Assembly (NCBI GenBank): GCA_900549625.1
Contig: URPE01000004.1
Span: 10,885-74,884, forward strand
Source of the DNA: an uncultured Mycoplasmatota bacterium
GTDB lineage: Bacteria; Bacillota_I; Bacilli_A; RF39; UBA660
DNA length: 64,000 nucleotides
Direction of reading: 5' to 3'
Program-made: the position numbers and the translations under genes
The notes under the pieces: generated by a model
What the model saw: only the letters and a program-made list of their open reading frames with translations
What the model was told of the DNA's origin: nothing
Database searches by the model: none
Shown: in pieces, positions 19,031 to 28,659 of the stretch
How positions within the stretch are numbered: the first letter of the stretch is position 1
Layout of the letters: every line of letters starts with the position of its first letter

Positions 19031-20347
19031 ATGGAAAAAGTATATGTTAATGAACTTAGTAATTATATTGGTAAAACTATTTCTTTTAGTGGTTTTGTTG
19101 ATACGATTAGAGATAAAAAGTGGGTAATGTTTGTAATACTAAGAGACAGTACGGGAAAAGTGCAAATGACGATTGAAAAAAGTGAGGAAGAAAATCAAAG
19201 ATTACTTGATATTATGAAGAATGTTAGTACTGATAGTACTTTAAAAATTACTTGTGAGGTTAAAGAAAATGAAGCAGTTAAACTTGGAGGTATTGAGCTA
19301 ATACCTAAAAGTATTACTGTTACATCACTTGCTTGTGCATTACCATTTGATTACAATAATTTAGATGGAGTTAATATTGATACAAGACTTGACTATAGAT
19401 GGATTGATTTACGTAATCAAAAAAATATGTTAGCAAGACAAGTTGAATCTTTAATGGTCCAAGGGATGCGTGAATATTTATATAAAGAAGATTTTACAGA
19501 GATTCATACACCTAAGTTACTAGGGGCCGCTAGTGAATCTGGTAGTGAGGTATTTGAGGTAAAATACTTTGATAGATCTGCTTACCTTGCTCAGTCACCA
19601 CAATTTTATAAACAAATGGCAATGGCGGCTGGTATGAGTAAGATATTTGAAGTAGCACCGGCTTTTAGAGCAGAGAATTCTAATACTAATCGTCATGCGA
19701 CAGAGTTTACTAGTTTTGACCTTGAATTTAGTTATATTGATTCTTATGAAGATGTAATGAATTTAGAAGAAGATTTACTTATTGCAGGTCTTACTAAAGT
19801 TAAAGAAAAATATGGTGAGAAAATAAAAGATGTTTTTGGAACAGAAATCGTTATACCAACAAAGCCTTTTCCAAGAATAAAATTACAAGATTTATATAAA
19901 GAATTAAATGAAAGATATGGGTTTACGATACCTACTAGTGATGTAGGGGACTTAAATGCCGAAGCCGAAAAGTTAACTAGCCGTTATGCTATGGAGGTAT
20001 ATGGACATGAATTTATTTTCATAACTGGTTTTAGCGCGGCAAAAAGAGCATTCTATCATATGCGAGATGAAAATGGTGAATTACAAGGGTATGATTTGAT
20101 TTGGCGAGGAACAGAGATTACTACTGGTGCTCAAAGGGAACACAGATATGAAGAGATAGTTAAGAATGCTAAAGAAAAAAGTTTAGGAGAAGATGTTTCA
20201 TTCTATTTACAATTTTTCAAATATGGTTGCCCACCACATGGCGGATTTGCAATCGGTGTTGATAGACTTACTATGCTTATGCTAGGATTACCATCTGTAA
20301 AAGAAACACAGTTCCTATTTAGAGGACCTAATAGACTAAATCCATAA
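19031..20347 (+). CDS. aspS: class IIb aspartate--tRNA ligase, type 2 (short archaeal-like form)
   Basis: 438 aa. FRAENSNTNRHATEFTSFDLE (motif 2) and GGFAIGVDRL..FRGPNRLNP (motif 3) resemble AspRS2 more than AsnRS. Confidence 0.7.
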   Translation: MEKVYVNELSNYIGKTISFSGFVDTIRDKKWVMFVILRDSTGKVQMTIEKSEEENQRLLDIMKNVSTDSTLKITCEVKENEAVKLGGIELIPKSITVTSLACALPFDYNNLDGVNIDTRLDYRWIDLRNQKNMLARQVESLMVQGMREYLYKEDFTEIHTPKLLGAASESGSEVFEVKYFDRSAYLAQSPQFYKQMAMAAGMSKIFEVAPAFRAENSNTNRHATEFTSFDLEFSYIDSYEDVMNLEEDLLIAGLTKVKEKYGEKIKDVFGTEIVIPTKPFPRIKLQDLYKELNERYGFTIPTSDVGDLNAEAEKLTSRYAMEVYGHEFIFITGFSAAKRAFYHMRDENGELQGYDLIWRGTEITTGAQREHRYEEIVKNAKEKSLGEDVSFYLQFFKYGCPPHGGFAIGVDRLTMLMLGLPSVKETQFLFRGPNRLNP

Positions 20348-20414
20348 AATATCACGGGTTGAAATTACGAAATATCACGGAATAGTATGGTTCAATAAAA
20401 TCAGGTATAAAGAG

Positions 20415-20440
20415 AGATGATGAATTTTCATCTTTTTTTT
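20415..20440 (+). terminator. intrinsic terminator after aspS
   Basis: AGATGA/TCATCT hairpin followed by T8. Confidence 0.55.
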
Positions 20441-20486
20441 ATGTAGTAATATGTAGTAAATAATAATAATAGAATGGTGAGTATAA

Positions 20487-20757
20487 ATGAAAGATTATTA
20501 TTTACTAATAGGATTAAATGGTAAGGATGTTAAAATAGTTAACGTTAATAAATTTACAAGTTCAGTACATAATAAATTAAAACCTATAAGAAGCGTTTAT
20601 CTAGATAGTTGTTGTTCAAAGTAGAATTAATTATTTGTAAAAAAAGATATCATTGTTATAACTGCAATAAGATATTTACAGAGAAATTAAATATAAATGT
20701 TGATAAAGGTAATGTTTCAAATAATAATATAAAGGTATCAAAAAGGGTAGATATATG
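20487..20757 (+). pseudogene. degraded N-terminal fragment of an ISL3-family transposase
   Basis: Translations read YLLIGLNGKDVKIV.. then, after a stop and frameshift, KKRYHCYNCNKIFTEKL... This matches the ISL3 N-terminal and zinc-finger pattern. No catalytic domain follows. Confidence 0.45.
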
Positions 20758-21011
20758 ATATATTATGAAAAATTAGTTCCGTTCAGTTCTGTTCAGTTCA
20801 AACCATTAGTTGAATTACTTGTGATATATATAGTAATTCAAATGAGTAGAATATGTGTTATAACAAATGCTATTATGAATATACAAGATAAATTATAAAT
20901 ATATGAAATTATTTGGATAAATTTTATGAATGAATAAAAATATGATTTATTGTGTGATTATTATAATTTTGGTCTTAAATAATGTAATATGATTTTTTGG
21001 AACAAACAGAC

Positions 21012-21062
21012 TTTTTTCCAAAAGCTTCTCTATTTATATACTTTTGGAAAAATTTTTCCAAA
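21012..21062. promoter_or_regulatory. operator-like repeats upstream of the AAA ATPase gene
   Basis: TTTTTTCCAAAAG half-site, then a perfect 20-bp palindrome TTTGGAAAAATTTTTCCAAA abutting a TTGACT-N17-TACACT promoter. Confidence 0.5.
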
Positions 21063-21106
21063 ACTTGACTTTTTGCTTTTTGTGGTGTACACTTTAATTG
21101 AGGTGA

Positions 21107-22315
21107 ATGTTTGTGATAGAAAGAACTGAATATTTAGAACTTTTAAAACGTTTTAAAGATAAAGATTTAATTAAAGTTGTTACAGGTATTAGAAGATGTG
21201 GTAAATCAACATTATTTGAACTTTTTATAGATTACCTAAAAGAAATAGGAATAAAAGATGAGCAAATAATAAAAATAAATCTTGAAGATGTAAGTTATAA
21301 TTTTAAAGATTATAGAGAGTTATATGAATATATTAATAAAAAAATAGATTCAGAAAAGAAATATTATATTTTCTTAGATGAGGTTCAAAATGTTAATATG
21401 TTTCAAAAAGCAGTTGATGGATTATATATAAAGAAAAATGTAGATGTTTATATAACTGGGTCCAATGCTTATTTATTGTCTGGGGAACTAGCGACATTGT
21501 TATCTGGGCGTTTTGTAGAAATAAAAATGTTACCATTATCATTTAAAGAATTTTTAGAGGCAATGCCACAGAATAATAAAAGTCAATATGAATGTTTTTT
21601 AGAGTATATGGAATATGGAGGAATGCCTGGTAATTTACCTATTTTAAAAGAAAATATAAGTGATTTAGATGTGTATTTAGAAGGTATTTTTTCAACAATA
21701 GTTTATAAAGATATAATGATAAGAAATAATATTACTGATAAAACGCTTTTAGAAAATACTCTTAAATTTATTTTTGATAGTATAGGTAGTCCTATTTCTA
21801 CAAAGAAAATAAGTGATACCTTAACTAGTAAGGGTATTTCTACTTGTAATCATACTGTTATTAATTATATCAATGCTTTTATAGATAGCTTTTTAATATA
21901 TAAAGCAGAAAGATTTGATGTTAAAGGAAAAAATTTACTTGTTAGAGATTACAAATATTATGTGGCGGATGTTGGCTTGAGAAGTTATCTTTTAGGGAAA
22001 AAATCCGGTAGTGATATGGGACATATTTTGGAAAATATAGTTTACTTAGAACTTTTAAGAAGAGGATACAAAGTATATGTAGGTAAAGTTGATGACTTAG
22101 AAATAGATTTTGTTGCTCAAAATAGAGAAGGCATAAATTATTATCAGGTTGCTTTGTCTGTAAGAGATGAGAAAGTATTAAGAAGAGAACTTAATTCATT
22201 AGAAAAAACAGGAGATCATTATCCAAAATATTTACTTACATTAGACATGGATTTAGAAGCGGATTACAATGGTATAACAAAACTTAATGTAATAGAATGG
22301 TTACTAAATAAATAG
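21107..22315 (+). CDS. AAA+ ATPase with C-terminal DUF4143-like domain (COG1373 type)
   Basis: Walker A GIRRCGKST and Walker B IFLDEVQ, about 400 aa. The true start could be the GTG two codons downstream. Confidence 0.7.
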   Translation: MFVIERTEYLELLKRFKDKDLIKVVTGIRRCGKSTLFELFIDYLKEIGIKDEQIIKINLEDVSYNFKDYRELYEYINKKIDSEKKYYIFLDEVQNVNMFQKAVDGLYIKKNVDVYITGSNAYLLSGELATLLSGRFVEIKMLPLSFKEFLEAMPQNNKSQYECFLEYMEYGGMPGNLPILKENISDLDVYLEGIFSTIVYKDIMIRNNITDKTLLENTLKFIFDSIGSPISTKKISDTLTSKGISTCNHTVINYINAFIDSFLIYKAERFDVKGKNLLVRDYKYYVADVGLRSYLLGKKSGSDMGHILENIVYLELLRRGYKVYVGKVDDLEIDFVAQNREGINYYQVALSVRDEKVLRRELNSLEKTGDHYPKYLLTLDMDLEADYNGITKLNVIEWLLNK

Positions 22316-22376
22316 AAATAATAAAAATTAAAATAAATGGCTTGCATTATTTAAAAAAATTTCATATAATTTAGGC

Positions 22377-22556
22377 ATGCGATGAAGAAAGAGTAGTAAT
22401 AATTAGTCTTTTATAGAGAGTAAAGGGAGCTGGAACTTTACAAAGATGAGTTATGAACTTGCTTTTGGAGCTTTAGGAGAATACTCCTTTATCAAGTAAG
22501 AAAGTTAAATTAAGGATGGTACCGTCGTTATGACTCCTTTGGTGCTATCCTTTTTT
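22377..22556 (+). promoter_or_regulatory. T-box leader, candidate Leu (CTT) specifier
   Basis: Promoter TTGCAT-N17-TATAAT at 22342-22370. AGAGA box. GAACTTG with CTT at 22458-22460. T-box AAGGATGGTACCGTCG at 22512-22527. Terminator followed by T-run. Confidence 0.8.
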
Positions 22557-22576
22557 ATTTAGTTGGGAGTGGTGTT

Positions 22577-22963
22577 ATGGATATTAGTGATTTATTTCTA
22601 AATTTATTGATTTTTTTAGGAGGATTTTTAGTTATTTTTATAGTGACGTATGTTATATATTTTAAAAAACTTTCTTCTAAGAAAAGAAAAAATAAAAATA
22701 TTACAGAAATTACATATCTTGTTCATAAGTTTAATTTAGATGAAAAGGCATTACCTAAAAAGAAAATGATTTTATGGATAAGTATGCAAAATGCTTTTAT
22801 TATTTCATTTGTATGGGTGTTTATAAGTTCTTTAAGGATAAAGATTATGTGGCAGTTATTAATTGCTTTTGTAATGATTTTAGCACTGATTTATGCTTTA
22901 TATGAAATATATGGAAGACATTTAGTGAAAAAAGGATATCAAAAAGTGAAAGGAAGAAGATAA
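22577..22963 (+). CDS. small membrane protein (3 TM) of unknown function, first gene of the T-box-controlled leuS operon
   Basis: ORF lies between the T-box terminator and leuS, with 1 nt between its stop and the leuS start. Confidence 0.55.
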   Translation: MDISDLFLNLLIFLGGFLVIFIVTYVIYFKKLSSKKRKNKNITEITYLVHKFNLDEKALPKKKMILWISMQNAFIISFVWVFISSLRIKIMWQLLIAFVMILALIYALYEIYGRHLVKKGYQKVKGRR

Positions 22964-22964
22964 G

Positions 22965-25373
22965 ATGAATTTTAAAGAAGTAGAGAAAAAATGGCAAAAG
23001 TATTGGGAGGATAAACATACTTTTGAGGCTAAAAATGGTACTCATGAAAAACATTATTATATTTTAGTTGAGTTTCCATATCCTTCAGGGGCTGGATTAC
23101 ATGTAGGACATGCTAGAGTTTATACGGCAACTGATGTACTTGCACGTATGAAAAGAATGCAAGGATATAATGTTTTATATCCAATGGGATGGGATGCTTT
23201 TGGGGCACCAGCTGAACAATATGCTATTAAAATGCATGTTCATCCTAAAGAAGTTGTTAAGAAAAACATTGGTGTTTTTAAAAGTCAAATGCAAGGGTTA
23301 GGTTTGTCTTTTGATTGGACAAGAGAATTTTCTACAACTGACCCAGAATACTATAAATGGACTCAGTGGCAATTTATTCAATTTTATAAACATGGTATGG
23401 CTTATAAGGCTAAGACTAAAGTTAACTGGTGTCCAACTTGTAAAATGGTTTTATCAAATGAAGATGCTGCTGGTGGTGTATGCGAAAGATGTGGTAGTTC
23501 AGTAGTTCAAAAAGAAAAATCACAATGGATGCTTAGAATGAGTGATTATGCTGAAAGACTTATTGATGGGTTAAAAGATACTAACTTTTTAGAAAAAGTA
23601 AAATTAGGGCAAAAAAATTGGATTGGTAAATCAACTGGTGTTGAAGTAGATGTAGATATAAAAGATGGTGGTAAATTTTCAATATTTACAACTTGTATAG
23701 AAACTATATATGGGATAACTTTCTTTGTTATTGCGCCTGATGGAGAATTAATTAAAGAATTAATGCCACGTGTTACTAATAAAGAAGAAGTTATGGCATA
23801 TATTGAAGAAACAAAGGCTAAATCTAATTTAGAAAGAACCGATTTAAATAAAAGTAAAACAGGTTGTGAAGTTAAAGGTGTTAAAGCGATACATCCAATT
23901 ACTAAAGAAGAAGTACCGATTTTCTTAGGTGACTTTGTGTTGGGAGATTATGGAACGGGTGCTGTTATGGCTGTTCCTAGTCATGATGAAAGAGATTATG
24001 AATATGCCTTAGCCCATAATTTGCCGATGATCGTTGTTATTAATGGAGGAGACACCAGTACTCATGCGTTTGAAAAGCAAGATTATTTAGGCAAAGGTTG
24101 TACTTTAATTAATAGTGCGGAATTCACAGGTCTTACAGTGGAAGAAGCAAAAGAGGCAATTACTGAAAAATTAGTAAAGCAAAAAATTGCTAGACGTGTT
24201 AATAATTATAAGATGCGTGACTGGGTATTTGGTAGACAACGTTTCTGGGGTGAACCTATTCCAATGATTTATTGTGAGAATTGTGGTTGGGTACCAGAAA
24301 GTGAAGAAAATTTGCCAGTAGTTTTACCAGATGTTACAGAATATGAACCTACTGATAATGGGGAAAGTCCACTTGCTAAAATAGAAGAATTTGTAAATTG
24401 CAAATGTCCTAAATGTGGGCGTGATGCTAAAAGAGAAACTGATACAATGCCTCAGTGGGCGGGGTCTAGTTGGTATTTCTTAAGGTATATGGATCCTAAA
24501 AATAAAGAAGAATTTGCTAGTATGGAGGCAATGAAATATTGGGGACAAGTTGATTATTATGATGGTGGTAGTGAACATACGGCAAGACATTTGTTGTATG
24601 CCAGATTCTGGGTACAAATGCTTTATGATTATGGTTTGACACCAAAAAGTGAAATGATTTGGACACGTGTTGCCCATGGTATGGTATTAGGCTCTAATGG
24701 TGAAAAGATGAGTAAAAGTAAAGGTAACGTAATAAACCCAGATGACATGGTAAAGGAATATGGTGCTGATACTTTAAGAACTTATGAAATGTTTATGGGA
24801 GACTATCAAATGGACGCTCCTTGGAGTACAGAAACATTAAAGGGTTGTAAACGTTTCTTAGAAAGAGTAGCTAAATTAGGTTCTAAGTTAAATGAAAAAG
24901 TTGGTTATACAGATGAAGTATTAGTTAATAAAACTATTAAGAAAGTTACAAATGATAATGAAACATTAAAATATAATACAGCTATTTCAAGTTTAATGAG
25001 TATGTTAAATGAATATGATAAGTATAAAGATGGAATTACTAAAGATGATTACAGAGTGCTTTTACATTTATTAAATCCGGATGCTCCACATATAACTGAA
25101 GAATTAAATGAACAATATAATTTGGGAAAACCATTATGTGAATCACCATGGCCAGTTTATGATGAGGCTAAAACTATTGATAAAGAAATTACAATAGGAG
25201 TACAAATAAATGGTAAATTACGTAGTGAAGTTACTTTGGAATTAAATGAAAGTGAAGAGTTAGCTAAAGATAAAGTATTAAATCAAGATAATGTAAAAAA
25301 ATATATTGATGAAAAAGAAATAGTTAAATTTATTTATATTCCAAATAAAATAATTAATATTATTGTTAAATAA
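22965..25373 (+). CDS. leuS: leucine--tRNA ligase
   Basis: HIGH-type motif (GLHVGHARVY), KMSKS, CP1 editing domain, 802 aa. Confidence 0.95.
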   Translation: MNFKEVEKKWQKYWEDKHTFEAKNGTHEKHYYILVEFPYPSGAGLHVGHARVYTATDVLARMKRMQGYNVLYPMGWDAFGAPAEQYAIKMHVHPKEVVKKNIGVFKSQMQGLGLSFDWTREFSTTDPEYYKWTQWQFIQFYKHGMAYKAKTKVNWCPTCKMVLSNEDAAGGVCERCGSSVVQKEKSQWMLRMSDYAERLIDGLKDTNFLEKVKLGQKNWIGKSTGVEVDVDIKDGGKFSIFTTCIETIYGITFFVIAPDGELIKELMPRVTNKEEVMAYIEETKAKSNLERTDLNKSKTGCEVKGVKAIHPITKEEVPIFLGDFVLGDYGTGAVMAVPSHDERDYEYALAHNLPMIVVINGGDTSTHAFEKQDYLGKGCTLINSAEFTGLTVEEAKEAITEKLVKQKIARRVNNYKMRDWVFGRQRFWGEPIPMIYCENCGWVPESEENLPVVLPDVTEYEPTDNGESPLAKIEEFVNCKCPKCGRDAKRETDTMPQWAGSSWYFLRYMDPKNKEEFASMEAMKYWGQVDYYDGGSEHTARHLLYARFWVQMLYDYGLTPKSEMIWTRVAHGMVLGSNGEKMSKSKGNVINPDDMVKEYGADTLRTYEMFMGDYQMDAPWSTETLKGCKRFLERVAKLGSKLNEKVGYTDEVLVNKTIKKVTNDNETLKYNTAISSLMSMLNEYDKYKDGITKDDYRVLLHLLNPDAPHITEELNEQYNLGKPLCESPWPVYDEAKTIDKEITIGVQINGKLRSEVTLELNESEELAKDKVLNQDNVKKYIDEKEIVKFIYIPNKIINIIVK

Positions 25374-25402
25374 AAGACAGAGATGAAATATTCTCTGTTT
25401 TC

Positions 25403-25600
25403 TTAAGCTTTTGTTTTTTCTTTTTCTTCCTCTTCTATATTTTCTATTGCAAATTTACATGCTTGAATAACAAAGCTAGAAAAGGTTAGTTCAGTACCTG
25501 CTAAAATACTTTCAATTTTATCAATTAATGATACAGGAAACCTGATAGTTTTATTTTCAGTTTCTTTTTTTTCTAAATTTAATCTAAAGCCTGCTTTCAT
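25403..25600 (-). CDS. small ribbon-helix-helix (CopG/Arc-like) DNA-binding protein
   Basis: 65 aa. KTIRFPVSLIDKIESI fits a beta-strand followed by a helix. Acidic C-terminal tail. Confidence 0.5.
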   Translation of the reverse strand: MKAGFRLNLEKKETENKTIRFPVSLIDKIESILAGTELTFSSFVIQACKFAIENIEEEEKEKTKA

Positions 25601-25647
25601 TGTAACTCCTTCCTATACTTATTTTATGTCTTTTTTACATAATGAAA

Positions 25648-25681
25648 CGCATTGCAAAATGCAATGCGAATATGCTATAAT
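25648..25681 (+). promoter_or_regulatory. perfect inverted repeat abutting an extended -10 promoter
   Basis: CGCATTGCA-AAA-TGCAATGCG (25648-25668), followed by TGCTATAAT (25673-25681). Confidence 0.55.
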
Positions 25682-25724
25682 AACTTTAATTAAAATGGAC
25701 AATATAAAGTAGAGGAGTGTTGAT

Positions 25725-26954
25725 ATGAAGAAAATAAAAAAATATTTGTTATTAGCAATTATGTTAGTATTATTAATTTTATTTGGAATACAAAGAATTG
25801 TTTACAAACAACAATATAAAATTAATTCTTATTCTTTAGCAATATTTGTTGATGGAGAAAAGAAAGATACGTATCCTGAACGGGGAAACTATAATGTAAG
25901 TGTTGATTGCATGGGAAAGGCAAATGGTAGTTGGGACTATAATAACTGGGGACCAATCATAAAAAATTTTAATGATGGTGCTGCTTGTAATATTATCTTT
26001 ACAACTGGTAAAAAGTTTAATGAATATGTAATAGATGCATCAAAGACAGATAGTAATATTATTTATATAGAACAGTCTGATACAGTACAGACAGGTAGTA
26101 ATGCTAAAGAAGAGTATAGATATACTGGGGCTAATCCAAATAATTATGTTTATTTTGGTTGTGATAGTAATTGTACAGAAGATAATTTATACCGAATTAT
26201 AGGGGTATTACCTACTCAAAGCATTGAAGGCGGTACTTATGAAAAGAGAGTAAAACTTATAAAAAGTGATTATTATACAGAAACCGAAAGTGGGCTTTTA
26301 TTAGATTCTTCTGTTGCTCCTACTAATAAGGGGTACTATTGGTCAAACTTAACTCAAAATGACTGGGTTACATCTACGTTACAAACACAGGTTTTGAATG
26401 GTGTTTATTGGAAAAACTTAGGGGAATATCAGACTTATATTGTTAGCGTTTACTGGTATTTAGGTGGGGCTTTGTCTTATGGTACAGATAATAATTATGC
26501 AACTTATTCAGCAAATGATTTTTATGGATTTGAACGTGGTTCTACGCCTGGTGCTTATAGTTCTACATTGAAATATAAAACAAATATTGGTTTAATGTAT
26601 GTTTCTGATTTTGGCTTTTCTGCCGAAAAGGCATATAATTCATATAGCATAAATTCTTATCGAAATGTTTTTATAAATTCATGGCTTTATAAATTTTCTA
26701 ATGTTAGTAGTGAGAAAGCTGAGTGGACTATGAATAGTAATTCGGCCCAAGAAACTTATGATCCTTATGGCAGTTTAGCGTATGATATAAATTCCAATTC
26801 TAGTTTAGGCCCAGTTTATAGGCATTGGATTAAATCAACAAAAGAAAGTATTTTGGGCGTTAGACCTACTTTTTATTTAAAAGAAAATGTGTTATATCAA
26901 AATGGACTTGGTACAAAAGAATCACCATATAGAATAACATTGGGGGAATCTTAG
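25725..26954 (+). CDS. secreted/surface paralog family protein (short form)
   Basis: N-terminal TM. Shares EEYRYTGANPNNYVYFGCDSNCTEDNLYRIIGV, RVKLIK, GLMYVSDFG and GVRPTFYL blocks with 26956. Confidence 0.7.
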   Translation: MKKIKKYLLLAIMLVLLILFGIQRIVYKQQYKINSYSLAIFVDGEKKDTYPERGNYNVSVDCMGKANGSWDYNNWGPIIKNFNDGAACNIIFTTGKKFNEYVIDASKTDSNIIYIEQSDTVQTGSNAKEEYRYTGANPNNYVYFGCDSNCTEDNLYRIIGVLPTQSIEGGTYEKRVKLIKSDYYTETESGLLLDSSVAPTNKGYYWSNLTQNDWVTSTLQTQVLNGVYWKNLGEYQTYIVSVYWYLGGALSYGTDNNYATYSANDFYGFERGSTPGAYSSTLKYKTNIGLMYVSDFGFSAEKAYNSYSINSYRNVFINSWLYKFSNVSSEKAEWTMNSNSAQETYDPYGSLAYDINSNSSLGPVYRHWIKSTKESILGVRPTFYLKENVLYQNGLGTKESPYRITLGES

Positions 26955-26955
26955 T

Positions 26956-28644
26956 ATGAAAAAAAATTATAGAAAATTAATATTATCATTTTTGATTTTA
27001 TTTGTTTTTATTGGTGTTACTTATGCTTATATTAGGTTTGAGGCTGAACAAAAAGATATTAATACTGTAGCTTCATTATGCTTAAAGGTTAGTTTAGAAG
27101 AACAAGAGGGAAGTGATATTAAATTAACAGAAGCATTTCCTATAACAGATATAGAAGGTAAAAAATTATCTCCCTATGTATTTACAATAACAAATAAATG
27201 TGATACTGGTATTTTATATGAAGTTAATCTTGATATACTAAGTGATATTAATGATAATAATACATTGGGTTTAAGTTATATTAAATATATGCTTAATGAT
27301 GATGAACCTGGAATTTTAAATAATAGAGAAACTGTTAGTAAGACAAATAAAGATGCTTTTACAAGTAAACAGTTAAAAACTGCAGAATTAAGAGGAAAAG
27401 AAAGTATAACTTATAAACTTAGATTATGGATGGACTATGATACAACTATCGAAGAAGGATCAAATAAGACTTTTAAGAGTAAAATAGCTATTAAGGCTGT
27501 AAGTAAAAATTATAGTTATGATGGTGATGTAGTATTAAGTGTATATGTTGATGATAAATCAGTAAGTGAGGCTCCTAGTAAAGGTGCTTATGATGTAAGT
27601 GTTGATTGTAAAGGTACTGGCAAAGGAATTTGGAATTATGAGGAATGGGGAGCTGTTATTACAGGTTTTCAAAGTGGGGAAAAATGTGATGTTAATTTTA
27701 AAAGCAGAAAATATTTAAGTGATTATATAATAGCTAAAAGTGAAACTGAAAGTACTATAAAACATATAACTCAAGCAAGTACAATTCAGACTGGTTCTAA
27801 TGCTACGGAGGAATATAGATATGTAGGAGAAAGTTCAAGTTTAAATAATTGGGTATACTTTGGGTGTGATAGTAATTGTACAGAAGACAATTTATACCGA
27901 ATTATTGGCGTAATACCTACTCAAAAAGAAGTTGGTGGGAAATATGAAAATAGAGTAAAGTTAGTAAAAGCAAGTTATTATACAGAAACAGAGAGTGGTT
28001 ATTTAAAAGATGGTTATGGTTATGGATGGAATACCGATGGAACTAATAACTGGGAATATAGTAAAACACAAATAAATGTTTTAAATGGAGTTTATTGGAA
28101 GAGTTTAAGTGAATATCAAAAATATATAGATCAAACTGTTTGGTATCTAGGGGCTGTTGGTAATGGTGCCAATGATAATTCTTATGCTAGTTTAACTGCT
28201 AAACAATTCTATCAATATGAAAGAGGAAGTATAAAAGCAGGAAGTGGAGGAATTTTACAATACACAAATTATATAGGACTAATGTATCCAAGCGACTACG
28301 GTTTTTCAATTAGTAGTAATTATTGGAATGCAGCAGTGGATAGTAATTCTAGTATTTATATGACTTCGAATGCATGGCTTTATCCAACTTTTTCACCTGG
28401 GGTAGCTAGGGAATGGCTTATAACTCCTGATGGTGGTGCAATGGCTAGTACTTACAATTCTACTTTAGCATACAATATACATCGTTCTTCTAATCCAACA
28501 TTGTATATGGAGCCTTTATATAGGCACTGGGTTAATGTTAATTCAACTGGTTATATTAGACCATCATTTAATTTAAAAGCAAATGTAATGTATAAAAGTG
28601 GTGATGGGACAAGTTCTAATCCATATCGTATTGAAATTAATTAA
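26956..28644 (+). CDS. secreted/surface paralog family protein (long form with TasA/camelysin-like N-terminal domain)
   Basis: N-terminal TM ending in TYAYIRFEAE. Extra beta-rich N-terminal domain. C-terminal half is paralogous to 25725. Confidence 0.7.
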   Translation: MKKNYRKLILSFLILFVFIGVTYAYIRFEAEQKDINTVASLCLKVSLEEQEGSDIKLTEAFPITDIEGKKLSPYVFTITNKCDTGILYEVNLDILSDINDNNTLGLSYIKYMLNDDEPGILNNRETVSKTNKDAFTSKQLKTAELRGKESITYKLRLWMDYDTTIEEGSNKTFKSKIAIKAVSKNYSYDGDVVLSVYVDDKSVSEAPSKGAYDVSVDCKGTGKGIWNYEEWGAVITGFQSGEKCDVNFKSRKYLSDYIIAKSETESTIKHITQASTIQTGSNATEEYRYVGESSSLNNWVYFGCDSNCTEDNLYRIIGVIPTQKEVGGKYENRVKLVKASYYTETESGYLKDGYGYGWNTDGTNNWEYSKTQINVLNGVYWKSLSEYQKYIDQTVWYLGAVGNGANDNSYASLTAKQFYQYERGSIKAGSGGILQYTNYIGLMYPSDYGFSISSNYWNAAVDSNSSIYMTSNAWLYPTFSPGVAREWLITPDGGAMASTYNSTLAYNIHRSSNPTLYMEPLYRHWVNVNSTGYIRPSFNLKANVMYKSGDGTSSNPYRIEIN

Positions 28645-28659
28645 AAGGAGAACACTTTA

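Noticed and set aside
20776-20800. GTTCAGTTC tandem duplication as a microsatellite or regulatory repeat.
   Set aside because: There are only two units, it lies in decayed DNA, and it has no partner feature.
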